A stretch of DNA of 64,000 nucleotides from an uncultured Eubacteriales bacterium (GTDB taxonomy: Bacteria > Bacillota > Clostridia > Christensenellales > CAG-138). Where the stretch lies: assembly GCA_902786465.1 (NCBI GenBank), contig CADACQ010000007.1:20600-84599 (forward strand), written 5' to 3'. This document shows, one piece after another, positions 46,348 through 54,896 of the stretch (within the stretch, counting starts at the first letter, position 1; the number at the start of each line of letters is the position of its first letter). The notes under the pieces are model-generated. The model was not told the DNA's origin. It ran no database searches and was given only the letters and a program-made list of their open reading frames with translations. Position numbers and translations under genes: made by a program.

Positions 46348-46461
46348 CTGCGTTTCTCCTTAATATATCAGTATACTACGCCGTCCCTGCCTCTGACAAG
46401 ATGGGCGAACGAAAGCATCGGGGCAGGATAATGAAAAAATGTGCATCAGCTATAAGAAGAC

Positions 46462-46490
46462 TTGAATTGTGTATCAGAATTTTATATACT
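46462..46490 (+). promoter_or_regulatory. sigma-A-type promoter of the LysR gene
   Basis: TTGAAT, 17-nt spacer, TATACT in an AT-rich intergenic region. Confidence 0.55.
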
Positions 46491-46520
46491 ATTTCCATCT
46501 GCAATACGGAGGAAAGGACT

Positions 46521-47456
46521 ATGAATCTTCAGTACTATTTCAACTATGTCACCATCGTCGAAGAAGGAAGTCTGACAGCGGCCTCCCGGAAACTCCACAT
46601 CGCTCAGCCTGCCCTGAGCAACCAGATCAAAGCCATGGAACAGAAGTACGGCACCCGGCTCTTCTTCCGCGGCGCCCGCCGGCTGGAGCTCACCGACGCC
46701 GGCATGATCCTCTATCAGAAGGCCAAGCGCATGTGCGAGATCGAGCAGGCGGCCAAGAACGAGATCGCCAGCGGCTTTTCGGGTCAGAAGGGCATGCTGC
46801 GCTTCGGCGTCACGCCCTCCCTCTCCGACGGGAAGATCGCGGACCTGCTGCTGACCTTTGCCCAGAAGTATCCTCAAACCGAGATCAAGTACCTGGAAGC
46901 CGGCCCGGCGGATCTGTGCAAGATGCTGCAGAACGGCATCATCGAGGTGGCGGCCCTGAAGACCGTCAGCGATCTTCCCGATAACGTGAAGCTCCTGGCG
47001 GCCCATACCGGCCCCACCGTAGCCGTGTTCAAGCCCGGCGCCGGCCTTTTGGATAAGGTGAAGAAGGACAGCGTCACCATCGCCCAGCTCTCCGACGTGC
47101 CCATCGCCATGGAGGAGCTGTATCAGGGGCAGGTGGTCGCCGCCTTCAAGGCCAAGGAGGCCAGCGTCTATCTCAAGTCCCTTTCCAGCAGCCCCATCAT
47201 TCCCCTGAAGATGGCCAAAGCAGGTCTTGCCGTGGCGCTGGTGGCCGAGCGTGCCGCCGCTGCTGCGGAGGCGGAGGGGCTGGCTGTCAAGAAGATCAGC
47301 GACGGCACGACGCTGGCGGCCAGGTATTGCCTGCTGGCCCAGCGGGGCAACTACCGGTCCCAGGTGGTCAACAACTTCCTCGCCATACTGGCGGACGCGC
47401 TCCAGCTGGATTTGGCAGACGAAATGCCGAACGCAGAGGAATTGGAGGAGGTCTGA
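46521..47456 (+). CDS. LysR-family transcriptional regulator
   Basis: Start MNLQYYFNYV behind GGAGGAAAGG. HTH GSLTAASRKLHIAQPALSNQIKAMEQKYG. Confidence 0.9.
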   Translation: MNLQYYFNYVTIVEEGSLTAASRKLHIAQPALSNQIKAMEQKYGTRLFFRGARRLELTDAGMILYQKAKRMCEIEQAAKNEIASGFSGQKGMLRFGVTPSLSDGKIADLLLTFAQKYPQTEIKYLEAGPADLCKMLQNGIIEVAALKTVSDLPDNVKLLAAHTGPTVAVFKPGAGLLDKVKKDSVTIAQLSDVPIAMEELYQGQVVAAFKAKEASVYLKSLSSSPIIPLKMAKAGLAVALVAERAAAAAEAEGLAVKKISDGTTLAARYCLLAQRGNYRSQVVNNFLAILADALQLDLADEMPNAEELEEV

Positions 47457-47501
47457 TCCGGCCCCTTCACAAGATAACAAGAAACGAGGAGAGAGTAAGA
47501 C

Positions 47502-48212
47502 GTGAAGAAGATCATCGTGCTGCTGCTGGCGGCGCTGCTTATGTGCTCCCTGGCCTGCGCCAAGGGAACGGCTCCGGCAGCCACCGCCACCGAGAACCTT
47601 GCCGAGACCGCCGCGCCGGCGGAGCAAAAGCCTGACGCTGCCCCGGCCGAACAGAACAAAGAAACCGAGGAGGAAACGAACGTGGACAAGACCCATCCCA
47701 TCGCCACCATCACCATGCAGGACGGCGGCGTCATCCAGCTGGAGCTGTACCCCGAAGTGGCGCCCGAGAGCGTGAAGAACTTCATCTCCCTGGCCAACAG
47801 CGGCTTCTATGACGGCCTCATCTTCCATCGGGTCATCCTGGGCTTCATGATCCAGGGCGGCGACCCGGAGGGCAAGGGCACCGGCGGCCCCGGCTACAGT
47901 ATCAAGGGCGAATTCGCGGCCAACGGCGTGAAGAACGACATCTCCCACCTGCGGGGCGTCATCTCCATGGCCCGGGCCAAGGCCTACGACAGCGCCGGCA
48001 GCCAGTTCTTCATCATGCAGGCGGACGCCACCTACCTGGACGGCCAGTACGCCGCCTTCGGCCGGGTGACCTCCGGCCTGGACGTGGTGGACAGGATCGC
48101 CAAGACCACCACCGATTCCCGGGACAAGCCCTACAAGGACCAGGTCATGGAGACCGTCCGGGTGGAGACCTGGGGCGTGGAGTACGGCGAGCCCGAGAAG
48201 CTCCCCGGCTGA
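47502..48212 (+). CDS. cyclophilin-type peptidyl-prolyl cis-trans isomerase lipoprotein
   Basis: GTG start, lipobox SLACA. FHRVILGFMIQGGDP and SQFFI motifs. Confidence 0.9.
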   Translation: MKKIIVLLLAALLMCSLACAKGTAPAATATENLAETAAPAEQKPDAAPAEQNKETEEETNVDKTHPIATITMQDGGVIQLELYPEVAPESVKNFISLANSGFYDGLIFHRVILGFMIQGGDPEGKGTGGPGYSIKGEFAANGVKNDISHLRGVISMARAKAYDSAGSQFFIMQADATYLDGQYAAFGRVTSGLDVVDRIAKTTTDSRDKPYKDQVMETVRVETWGVEYGEPEKLPG

Positions 48213-48229
48213 GAAAGAATGGGTACATA

Positions 48230-48258
48230 GCGGTCCGGCGGATGCCGGGCCGCTTTTT
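48230..48258 (+). terminator. intrinsic terminator
   Basis: GCGGTCCGGC ggat GCCGGGCCGC followed by TTTTT. Confidence 0.8.
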
Positions 48259-48275
48259 GTATGCCGGCTCGTTCG

Positions 48276-48304
48276 TTGCAACGCAGGCCGTTTCGTGGTA
48301 TACT
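48276..48304 (+). promoter_or_regulatory. sigma-A-type promoter (extended -10) of the aldehyde dehydrogenase gene
   Basis: TTGCAA, 17-nt spacer ending in TGG, TATACT. Confidence 0.6.
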
Positions 48305-48338
48305 TCTCCAAAAGATCTGAGAAGCAGGGGATACCGAT

Positions 48339-49757
48339 ATGCCGTATACGCAGGAGACCGTACATGAGATCGTGGTCAAGCAGCGCCAGTTTTTCCGGAC
48401 CGGCGTCACGCTGGACGTGAACTGGCGCATGGAACAGCTGCGAAAGCTGAAGCAGGCGGTGCTGGACCGCGAGGCCCAACTGGAAGCGGCCCTCTATGAG
48501 GATCTGGGCAAGAGTCCCACGGAGGCGTACCTCTGCGATCTGGGCCCCGTGATCGTGGAGGTCAACGAGATCCTTCGCGGGCTCCGTAAATGGGCCCGGC
48601 CGGAGCGGCATTTCGGCGGTCTCATGTGCTTCCCCAGCACCTCTACCACCGTGTACAAGATGCCCTACGGTGTGTCGCTGATCATCAGCCCCTTCAACTT
48701 TCCCATCCTGCTCACCCTGGGCGTCCTGGCTGCCGCCATTTCGGGCGGCAACACGGCGGTGCTCAAGACCAGCTCCAAGTCCGCCGCCAGCACCCGGGCG
48801 CTGAAGGAACTCGTCGCCGACACCTTCCCGGAGGAGTTCGTGACGGTGATCGACGGGGGCCACGACGTGGCGGACATGTGCCTGGAGGAGCGGTTCGACA
48901 AGATCTTCTACACCGGATCGCCCGCCGTGGCAAAGCACGTGCTGGAGAAGGCGTCCCGTCATCTGACCTCCGTGGCCCTGGAGCTGGGGGGCGAAACCGG
49001 CAACTGGTGCATCGTCCGCAAGGATGCCGACCTCAGGGACGCCGCCCGAAAGATCGCCTTTTTCAAGCTCTGCAACGCGGGGCAGATCTGCATCAACATC
49101 AATCAGATCGCCGTGGCGGAGGAGGTGGCGGAAGCGTTCCTTGACGAGCTTCGGCGGGCCTTCGTTCGGCAGATCGGCGAGAAGCCGGAGCAGAACCCGG
49201 ACTATCCCAAACTCATCACCCCGGCGGTGTACGACAAGTGCGTCCGCCTCACCGAACAGTACCGGGACAGGCTGATCTTCGGCGGCGTCGGGGACAGGGA
49301 AGCCCTCCGCTTTGCCCCCACGGTCCTTTATCCGGTGGGCATGGATGAGGACATCGTGCAGCAGGAGCTCTTCTGTCCGCTGCTGCCGGTGGTCCCCTTC
49401 AGGGACAACGAGACGGACGCCCTGCTGGACGTGATCGCAAAGAGGGAGCATCCCCTGGCGATGTACGTCTTCACCCGTGACAAAGCCTGGGCCCGATCCG
49501 TCATGACCACCCAGCAGTACGGCGGCGGCTGCATCAACGAGGTGTGCATCCACATGATGGTGAAGGGCGTGCCCTTCAACGGCACCGGCCACTCCGGCAT
49601 GGGCGCCTATCACGGGGAATGGGGCTTTCGGGAATTCACCCACCCCCAGACCGTGCTCCTGGGCAGGACCCGGTTCAATCTGTCCCTGCGGGAGCATCCT
49701 TATTCCGGCGACGCCGGCAAAAGGAAGCGTCGGCTGCTGAAATGGTTCGAACGGTAG
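48339..49757 (+). CDS. NAD(P)-dependent aldehyde dehydrogenase (class-3-like)
   Basis: 472 aa with LELGGE and the catalytic Cys context CNAGQICININ. Confidence 0.9.
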   Translation: MPYTQETVHEIVVKQRQFFRTGVTLDVNWRMEQLRKLKQAVLDREAQLEAALYEDLGKSPTEAYLCDLGPVIVEVNEILRGLRKWARPERHFGGLMCFPSTSTTVYKMPYGVSLIISPFNFPILLTLGVLAAAISGGNTAVLKTSSKSAASTRALKELVADTFPEEFVTVIDGGHDVADMCLEERFDKIFYTGSPAVAKHVLEKASRHLTSVALELGGETGNWCIVRKDADLRDAARKIAFFKLCNAGQICININQIAVAEEVAEAFLDELRRAFVRQIGEKPEQNPDYPKLITPAVYDKCVRLTEQYRDRLIFGGVGDREALRFAPTVLYPVGMDEDIVQQELFCPLLPVVPFRDNETDALLDVIAKREHPLAMYVFTRDKAWARSVMTTQQYGGGCINEVCIHMMVKGVPFNGTGHSGMGAYHGEWGFREFTHPQTVLLGRTRFNLSLREHPYSGDAGKRKRRLLKWFER

Positions 49758-49796
49758 GCTGAGCGTCCTTTCGCCTCTGAATAATCGCGAGAAACA

Positions 49797-49819
49797 GGCG
49801 CCGGATCCGATCCGGCGCC
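49797..49819 (+). terminator. hairpin after the aldehyde dehydrogenase gene
   Basis: GGCGCCGGA tccga TCCGGCGCC. Only TT follows before the next -35 element. Confidence 0.5.
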
Positions 49820-49848
49820 TTGACAAATCGTCCCCCGGGATTTATTAT
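49820..49848 (+). promoter_or_regulatory. sigma-A-type promoter of the TetR operon
   Basis: TTGACA (49820-49825), 17-nt spacer, TATTAT (49843-49848). Confidence 0.65.
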
Positions 49849-49862
49849 GAATGTGTTCATAA
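49845..49862. promoter_or_regulatory. palindromic operator candidate (TetR site)
   Basis: TTATGAA-tgtg-TTCATAA, perfect 7-bp inverted arms overlapping the -10 element. Confidence 0.55.
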
Positions 49863-49875
49863 AAGAGGGACGAAC

Positions 49876-50418
49876 ATGCCTAAGATCATCGAAGATGTGG
49901 AGAACAGGATCCTCTGCGCGGCCCGCCAACGGCTGCTGGGGGGAGACCTGTCCTCTTTTTCTGCCCGGGGCATCGCGGAGGACTGCGGCATCGCCGTGGG
50001 CACCATCTACAACTACTACCGGGACAAGGAAAGCCTTATGGCGGCCGTCATGGCCCAGGACTGGCAGGCGGAGCTCACGAAGGCGGGGGAGAGGATCGAC
50101 GCCGTCCCCAGCATCGAGGAGGGCGTCCGCTGCCTTTACGAGGCCATGCGCTCCTTCAGCCGGGTCTATGAGTCCGTCTGGGCCTCCTACCCCACGGGGG
50201 AGGGCTTCGGGAGCCTGTTTCGGACCCGGCATAGGCAGCTCCTCTCTCAGATCGAGGCGCAGCTCTCCGCCCTCTATGCCCGCTTCGGCCCGGTGCCGGA
50301 GAAGGGGCAGCGCATCCTGCTCTCCGAGCTCATCCTGGCCGCCAGCCAGCATCCCGAGGTGGGGCCGGAGGACCTCATTTCATGTATCCGCGGGGGCGTG
50401 GGCCCCTGCGCCCTATAA
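49876..50418 (+). CDS. TetR/AcrR-family transcriptional regulator
   Basis: HTH SARGIAEDCGIAVGTIYNYYRDKESL. Confidence 0.9.
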   Translation: MPKIIEDVENRILCAARQRLLGGDLSSFSARGIAEDCGIAVGTIYNYYRDKESLMAAVMAQDWQAELTKAGERIDAVPSIEEGVRCLYEAMRSFSRVYESVWASYPTGEGFGSLFRTRHRQLLSQIEAQLSALYARFGPVPEKGQRILLSELILAASQHPEVGPEDLISCIRGGVGPCAL

Positions 50419-50445
50419 ACAGCAAACAAGGAGGAACTATAGCGA

Positions 50446-51381
50446 ATGTCCACATTCCAGGAGCTGCGTATCGTCGATAACTTCTATCAAACGTCTCTGT
50501 TCTATCCCATGCCGGCGGTGCTGGTGAGCACCCTCACCGACGACGGGAAGACCACCTGCGGGCCCTACTCCCTGCTCGCTCCCTTCTACGTGGCGGGCAA
50601 GCCCTACTACGCCTTCATGCTGGAGTGCCGCAACTCCTCCAACACCGCCCAGAACCTGATCAAGCACAAGAAGTGCGTCATCAACTTCCTGCCGGACGAC
50701 CGCAAGTCCTTCAAGGAGATGGTCCGCCTGGGCTGGCCCGGGGACACCCCCGCCGAGAAGATGAAGGACTTCCGCTTCCACCTGGAGGACGGCCTTCGCA
50801 AGGCCGAGGACCCGGAGGGCACCTACCCCCAGGTCATCACCGAGGCGGTCCAGGCCGTGGAGTGCACCTGGGTGGACACCCTGGACAACGCCCAGGACGA
50901 CACGCCCATCCCCGAGGGCATGGACCACTACGAGCTGGAGAAGTACCACGACTTCAACGGCATCACCACCCCCTACGGCGCCCACTTCGTGCTGAAGATC
51001 GACAAGATCCTCATGAAGGAGCAGTATAGGAACGCCATCATCAACGGCGTCAAGTCCGGGGATTTCCCCCACCTGCCCGTGGACTACGGCTACCGGGATT
51101 CCAAGAACTTCTGGTACCATAAGCATCGCCGGCTCCTGCCGGAGCTCCTGCCCCAGCGCCAGACCACCGTGGCCAGCGTCCGCTACGCCGCCGACCGGCT
51201 CCAGACCGACGTCCAGTTCACGGACGCGGCCCTCGAAAAGCTGGTGAAGGTGCCCCGGGTGTTCCTGCCCACGGCCCTGAAGGGCTGCGTCAAGTGGGCC
51301 GAGGAGAACGGCGTGAAGGTCATCGACGTGAAGGAGATGGAGATCATCAACGACAAGCGGTCTAAGGAGAAAGGAAAGTAA
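50446..51381 (+). CDS. flavin-reductase-like split-barrel domain fused to a C-terminal PCP_red-like domain
   Basis: N-terminus YPMPAVLVSTLTDDGKTTCGPYS...CVINFLPDD resembles the Flavin_Reduct family. C-terminus FTDAALEKLVKVPRVFLPTALKGCVKWAEENGVKVIDVKEM parallels the BchB/ChlB C-terminal PCP_red signature (W.xEAxxxLxKIPfFVR...A...G...IT). Confidence 0.65.
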   Translation: MSTFQELRIVDNFYQTSLFYPMPAVLVSTLTDDGKTTCGPYSLLAPFYVAGKPYYAFMLECRNSSNTAQNLIKHKKCVINFLPDDRKSFKEMVRLGWPGDTPAEKMKDFRFHLEDGLRKAEDPEGTYPQVITEAVQAVECTWVDTLDNAQDDTPIPEGMDHYELEKYHDFNGITTPYGAHFVLKIDKILMKEQYRNAIINGVKSGDFPHLPVDYGYRDSKNFWYHKHRRLLPELLPQRQTTVASVRYAADRLQTDVQFTDAALEKLVKVPRVFLPTALKGCVKWAEENGVKVIDVKEMEIINDKRSKEKGK

Positions 51382-51384
51382 GCC

Positions 51385-51906
51385 ATGAGCGAATTCGTAC
51401 CGGATTTCCACCATTTCCAGAACTTCTGGATCGAGCAGCAGAAAACGGCTAAGCACATGGACCGGGACGCGGCCTGGGCCCACATCGAGGGCTTTATCAA
51501 GGCCCACAACACCTGCGGCTTCGCCACGGGCTACGGCGACTACATCCGCTGTACCCCCATCGAGTACACCTACATGGACGGCTGCTTCTGGTTCGTCAGC
51601 GAGGGCGGCAGCAAGTTCATCGGCCTCGAGAAGAACCGGAACGTGGGCATGGCCATCTTCGAGTACTACGGCAACCCCAAGGACTCCCACGGCCTGCAGA
51701 TCATGGGCAAGGCGGAGTTCTACAGCAACACCTCCGACGAGTTCAAGAAGCTCCTGGCCTTCAAGGGCATCCCCTACGACGTGCTGAAGGCCGCCGCGGT
51801 GGAGGTGGCCGTGGTCCGGGTGGTGCCCTACCGGTTCGAAATGTACGACACCGACTTCGTAAAGCAGGGCTACGACGTGCGCCAGATCGTGGATAAGGAG
51901 ATATGA
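51385..51906 (+). CDS. pyridoxamine-5'-phosphate-oxidase-like FMN-binding split-barrel protein
   Basis: 173 aa. The pattern CGFATGYGDYIRCTPIEYTYMDGCFWFVSEGGSKFIGLEKNRNVGMAIF fits the PNPOx-like/general-stress-26 family by eye. Confidence 0.6.
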   Translation: MSEFVPDFHHFQNFWIEQQKTAKHMDRDAAWAHIEGFIKAHNTCGFATGYGDYIRCTPIEYTYMDGCFWFVSEGGSKFIGLEKNRNVGMAIFEYYGNPKDSHGLQIMGKAEFYSNTSDEFKKLLAFKGIPYDVLKAAAVEVAVVRVVPYRFEMYDTDFVKQGYDVRQIVDKEI

Positions 51907-52565
51907 ATATGAAGCTGGATCATTCCGATAGGCTCCTGGCCCAACTTAACGAGCTCTTCGACCTGACTCCCTGCCCGCCCTCGGAGTACGAGACCTTCCA
52001 GATGGTGGGCCTGGACTTCAAGGCCCAGGGCTACGAGTCGGAGAAGCTGGGCCACGTGTCCGTGCAGACCGCCTCCGGCATGGGCGGGGCCATGGAGATG
52101 GAGTCCATGATCGTGAACCCCTTTTCCGTGGACGGGCCCCTGTTCTCCCTGGATCTCATCTCCGCCCAGGGCAAGTACACCCTGATGATGGAGCTCTACG
52201 ACACCCTGGTGGACACGCCCCGGGACGAGGCGCCCTTCCAGACCATCAAGGACAGGTACGCCCACATCATGGACATCCCCCACAAGCCCAACTGGTACGA
52301 CGACATCCAGTACCACGCCTCCTGCGCCAAGCTGGCCACGGCGGAGCAGGCCGAGGACCTCTCTAAGCTCATCATGACCTTCGGCCAGCGGTACGTGGAG
52401 CTGTTGAAGGACGCCGCCCCCTGTGACGTAAAGGAGAAGCGGGTGAAGGCCGACGCCTATCGTGACGGCCTGTTGAGCCACGGCGGCCCCGCCACCGACG
52501 CCTTCCTCAAGTTCTGGGGCCCGGAGAAGACCGGGAAGCTGTTTACGGAAGTACTTTTTGGATAA
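51903..52565 (+). CDS. ferredoxin-dependent bilin reductase (FDBR, PcyA/HY2-family)-like protein
   Basis: 220 aa. Colinear by eye with Synechocystis PcyA: YESEKLGHVSV...MESMIVNPFSVDGPLFSLDLISAQG versus YQTPQFRKMHLE...[25 protein letters not shown]. C-terminal FWGPEKTGKLFTEVLFG versus FGEAWAERYMSQVLFD. Confidence 0.6.
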   Translation: MNMKLDHSDRLLAQLNELFDLTPCPPSEYETFQMVGLDFKAQGYESEKLGHVSVQTASGMGGAMEMESMIVNPFSVDGPLFSLDLISAQGKYTLMMELYDTLVDTPRDEAPFQTIKDRYAHIMDIPHKPNWYDDIQYHASCAKLATAEQAEDLSKLIMTFGQRYVELLKDAAPCDVKEKRVKADAYRDGLLSHGGPATDAFLKFWGPEKTGKLFTEVLFG

Positions 52566-52598
52566 AGAAAAAGCAAATACATCAAGGAGGAAAGAAGT

Positions 52599-53432
52599 AT
52601 GAAGGTATTATTGGCAGGAGCCTTCGGCAACCTGGGCTTCGAGATCTTGAAGATTCTGACCGAAAAGGGCTGCGAGGTCGTGGCCGCCGACTTGAAGGAG
52701 CGTCCCGAGAACGGCCTCGAGGGCAAGTACACCTTCCAGGCCATCGACGCCACCAACCCCGAGACCCTCAAGGGCATCTGCGACGGGGTCGACGTGGTCA
52801 TCACCACCATGGGCCTCACCACCGCGTCCACCAAGTTCACGTCCTACGACATCGACTACAGGGGCAACCTGAACCTCTACAACGAGGCCAAAGCCGCCGG
52901 CGTCAAGAAGTTCAACTACATCTCCGTCATCGCCTGCGATCAGCCCGGCGCCGAGAAGGTGCCCATGCTCCACGCCAAGTTCATGCTGGAGAACGAGATC
53001 AAGAAGGGCGACATGGAGTACGTGATCTACCGGCCCACGAAGCCCTACGTGGACAAGGGCGAGATGCAGCTCCTCAAGGGCTATCACGGCGTGAAGGCCA
53101 ACGTGGTGGACTGCCCCGACTTCGCCAAGTTCATCTACGACCACATGCTGGACACCAACAAGCTCTACGAGGTGGGCGGCAAGGAGACCTACACCTACGA
53201 GGAGATGGCCAAGATGTGCTTCCGCGCGGCCGGCAAGCCCTGCGTCATCAAGGACAGCCCCATCTGGATGTTTGGGCTCCTGGCGAACCTCCCCGCCATC
53301 AAGAAGGCCGGCAAGCACGACATCATCCTCTTCTCCAAGTGGACGCTGTCCCATGACCTCGTCGGCAAGGACGAGACCGGCGAAGGCTCCTTCGCCGAAT
53401 ACATCAAAGAATACTTTGGGAGGAAAGAATGA
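52599..53432 (+). CDS. NAD(P)H-binding atypical SDR (NmrA / divinyl-reductase BciA-DVR-like)
   Basis: MKVLLAGAFGNLGFEI Rossmann start. VDVVITTMG...YDIDYRGNLNLYNEAKAAGVKKFNYISV parallels the plant/bacterial DVR core, with a DVR-like C-terminal tail ...GEGSFAEYIKEYF. Confidence 0.6.
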   Translation: MKVLLAGAFGNLGFEILKILTEKGCEVVAADLKERPENGLEGKYTFQAIDATNPETLKGICDGVDVVITTMGLTTASTKFTSYDIDYRGNLNLYNEAKAAGVKKFNYISVIACDQPGAEKVPMLHAKFMLENEIKKGDMEYVIYRPTKPYVDKGEMQLLKGYHGVKANVVDCPDFAKFIYDHMLDTNKLYEVGGKETYTYEEMAKMCFRAAGKPCVIKDSPIWMFGLLANLPAIKKAGKHDIILFSKWTLSHDLVGKDETGEGSFAEYIKEYFGRKE

Positions 53433-54259
53433 TGTTCGAGCTGCTTGCTGAATACATCGGCCAGGTGTGGCCCCTGTTCATGTGGGGCGTCATCATCGTG
53501 GCGGCCATCGGCTGCTGCATGGGCTTCAAGGAGTTCGTCTGGTTCATGTCCGTGGGCTATGGCTTCGCGGTCATGTGCATCGGCGCCTACCTGCTGATCC
53601 TGGGCCTCATCAAGGGGTATCTGACCCCCGCCCGGGGCATCATGGCGGGCCTGTTCGTGATCTACGGCTACCGGCTGGGCGGCTATATCCTGAAGCGGGA
53701 GCTGACCAACGCCGCCTATAAGAAGACGCTGGAGAGCACCGGCTCCGCCAAGGCCATGCCCATCCCCGTGTCCCTGTTTATGTGGATCTACTCCATGTTC
53801 ATGTACACCGCCCAGACCTCCGCCCTGACCTATCGGTACATCAACCAGGCCAAGGACAACCTGTGGGTGTGGATCGGCATCGTGATCATGGCCCTGGCCA
53901 TCGTGGGCGAGGCCACCGCGGACAGGCAGAAGTCCGCCGCCAAGAAGGTGAACCCCAAGCGGTTCTGCGACACGGGCCTCTATAAGATCGTCCGCTGCCC
54001 CAACTACTTCTCCGAGGTCATGTTCTGGGTGGGCGTCACCGTGTCCGGCATCGGCGCCGTCCAGGGCAAGCAGTGGATCATCGTCCTCATCGCCCTGGCC
54101 CTCATCACCTACGTCATGTACAATTCCGCCAGCCGCCTGGAGCTCCGCCACGAGAAGACCTACGGCCTGGACCCCGAGTACCAGAAGTATTCCGATACCG
54201 TGCCCCTGCTCTTCCCCTTCACCAAGCAATTCCACTCCATGAAGGTGTACCGGGACTAA
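53429..54259 (+). CDS. DUF1295 / steroid-5-alpha-reductase-like membrane protein
   Basis: 276 aa, polytopic. C-terminal GLYKIVRCPNYFSEVMFWVG matches the GLy..vRHPNYfGE..W.G signature of this NADPH-dependent C=C reductase superfamily. Confidence 0.75.
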   Translation: MMFELLAEYIGQVWPLFMWGVIIVAAIGCCMGFKEFVWFMSVGYGFAVMCIGAYLLILGLIKGYLTPARGIMAGLFVIYGYRLGGYILKRELTNAAYKKTLESTGSAKAMPIPVSLFMWIYSMFMYTAQTSALTYRYINQAKDNLWVWIGIVIMALAIVGEATADRQKSAAKKVNPKRFCDTGLYKIVRCPNYFSEVMFWVGVTVSGIGAVQGKQWIIVLIALALITYVMYNSASRLELRHEKTYGLDPEYQKYSDTVPLLFPFTKQFHSMKVYRD

Positions 54260-54287
54260 GGATAGCAAGCGATAAGGAGGTACCAAG

Positions 54288-54881
54288 ATGACCGTCCCCA
54301 TGGCGTTGATGGACTTCGTGCCGGTGCTGCTCTTCGGAGCGGCCTGGCTGATCCTCTATAGGGATCTCAAGAACAAGCTGGACCTTTGCTCCGGCGTGCT
54401 GCTGCCCCTGGGGGCCGCTCTGGTGTTCCTGGCTGGGTTCCTGAAGGCCACCTGGAAGATGCAGAACGCCATCGGCGCCGCGCCGGTGGAGCTGTTCAAT
54501 AAGATGATGTTCCCCACCCAGTCCGTGGGCTTCCTGCTCATGGCGGTGGCCATGCTGGCCCTCATGTACGGCAAGCGCAAGAGCGCCCGGTCCCTGACCA
54601 TGGTCTGGGTCATGCTGACGGTCCTGGGGAACCTGGGCGCGTCGGCGGGCCTGGTATGGATCGCCAGCAAGGTGAAGAAGGCCGCCGTGCCTCTGTTCAT
54701 CGTGGCGTTCGTGTGCTCCATGATGATGGGCTACCTCTCCAGCCGCGACTTCGCCCAGGCCTCCATGCACTGGATCGCCCAGAGCGTCAACACCCTGGGC
54801 CAAGCCCTGCTGCTCGTCGGCGCCCTGCTGGTCCACAAGGCGGGCCTTTCCGCCCCCGACGCCCTCAACAAAAAGGCGTAA
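54288..54881 (+). CDS. integral membrane protein of unknown function
   Basis: 197 aa with about six hydrophobic segments, RBS AAGGAGG. Last gene before a strong terminator. Confidence 0.7.
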   Translation: MTVPMALMDFVPVLLFGAAWLILYRDLKNKLDLCSGVLLPLGAALVFLAGFLKATWKMQNAIGAAPVELFNKMMFPTQSVGFLLMAVAMLALMYGKRKSARSLTMVWVMLTVLGNLGASAGLVWIASKVKKAAVPLFIVAFVCSMMMGYLSSRDFAQASMHWIAQSVNTLGQALLLVGALLVHKAGLSAPDALNKKA

Positions 54882-54896
54882 CGACCCCAAAATAGA

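Noticed and set aside
46482-49826. 1114-aa minus-strand ORF, the longest in the track
   Set aside because: It is antisense to three well-supported plus-strand genes (LysR regulator, cyclophilin, aldehyde dehydrogenase) that carry clear motifs, RBSs, promoters and terminators. Its translation is Gly/Arg/His/Leu/Val-rich with no recognisable motif. This is a typical stop-codon-poor antisense frame in GC-rich DNA.
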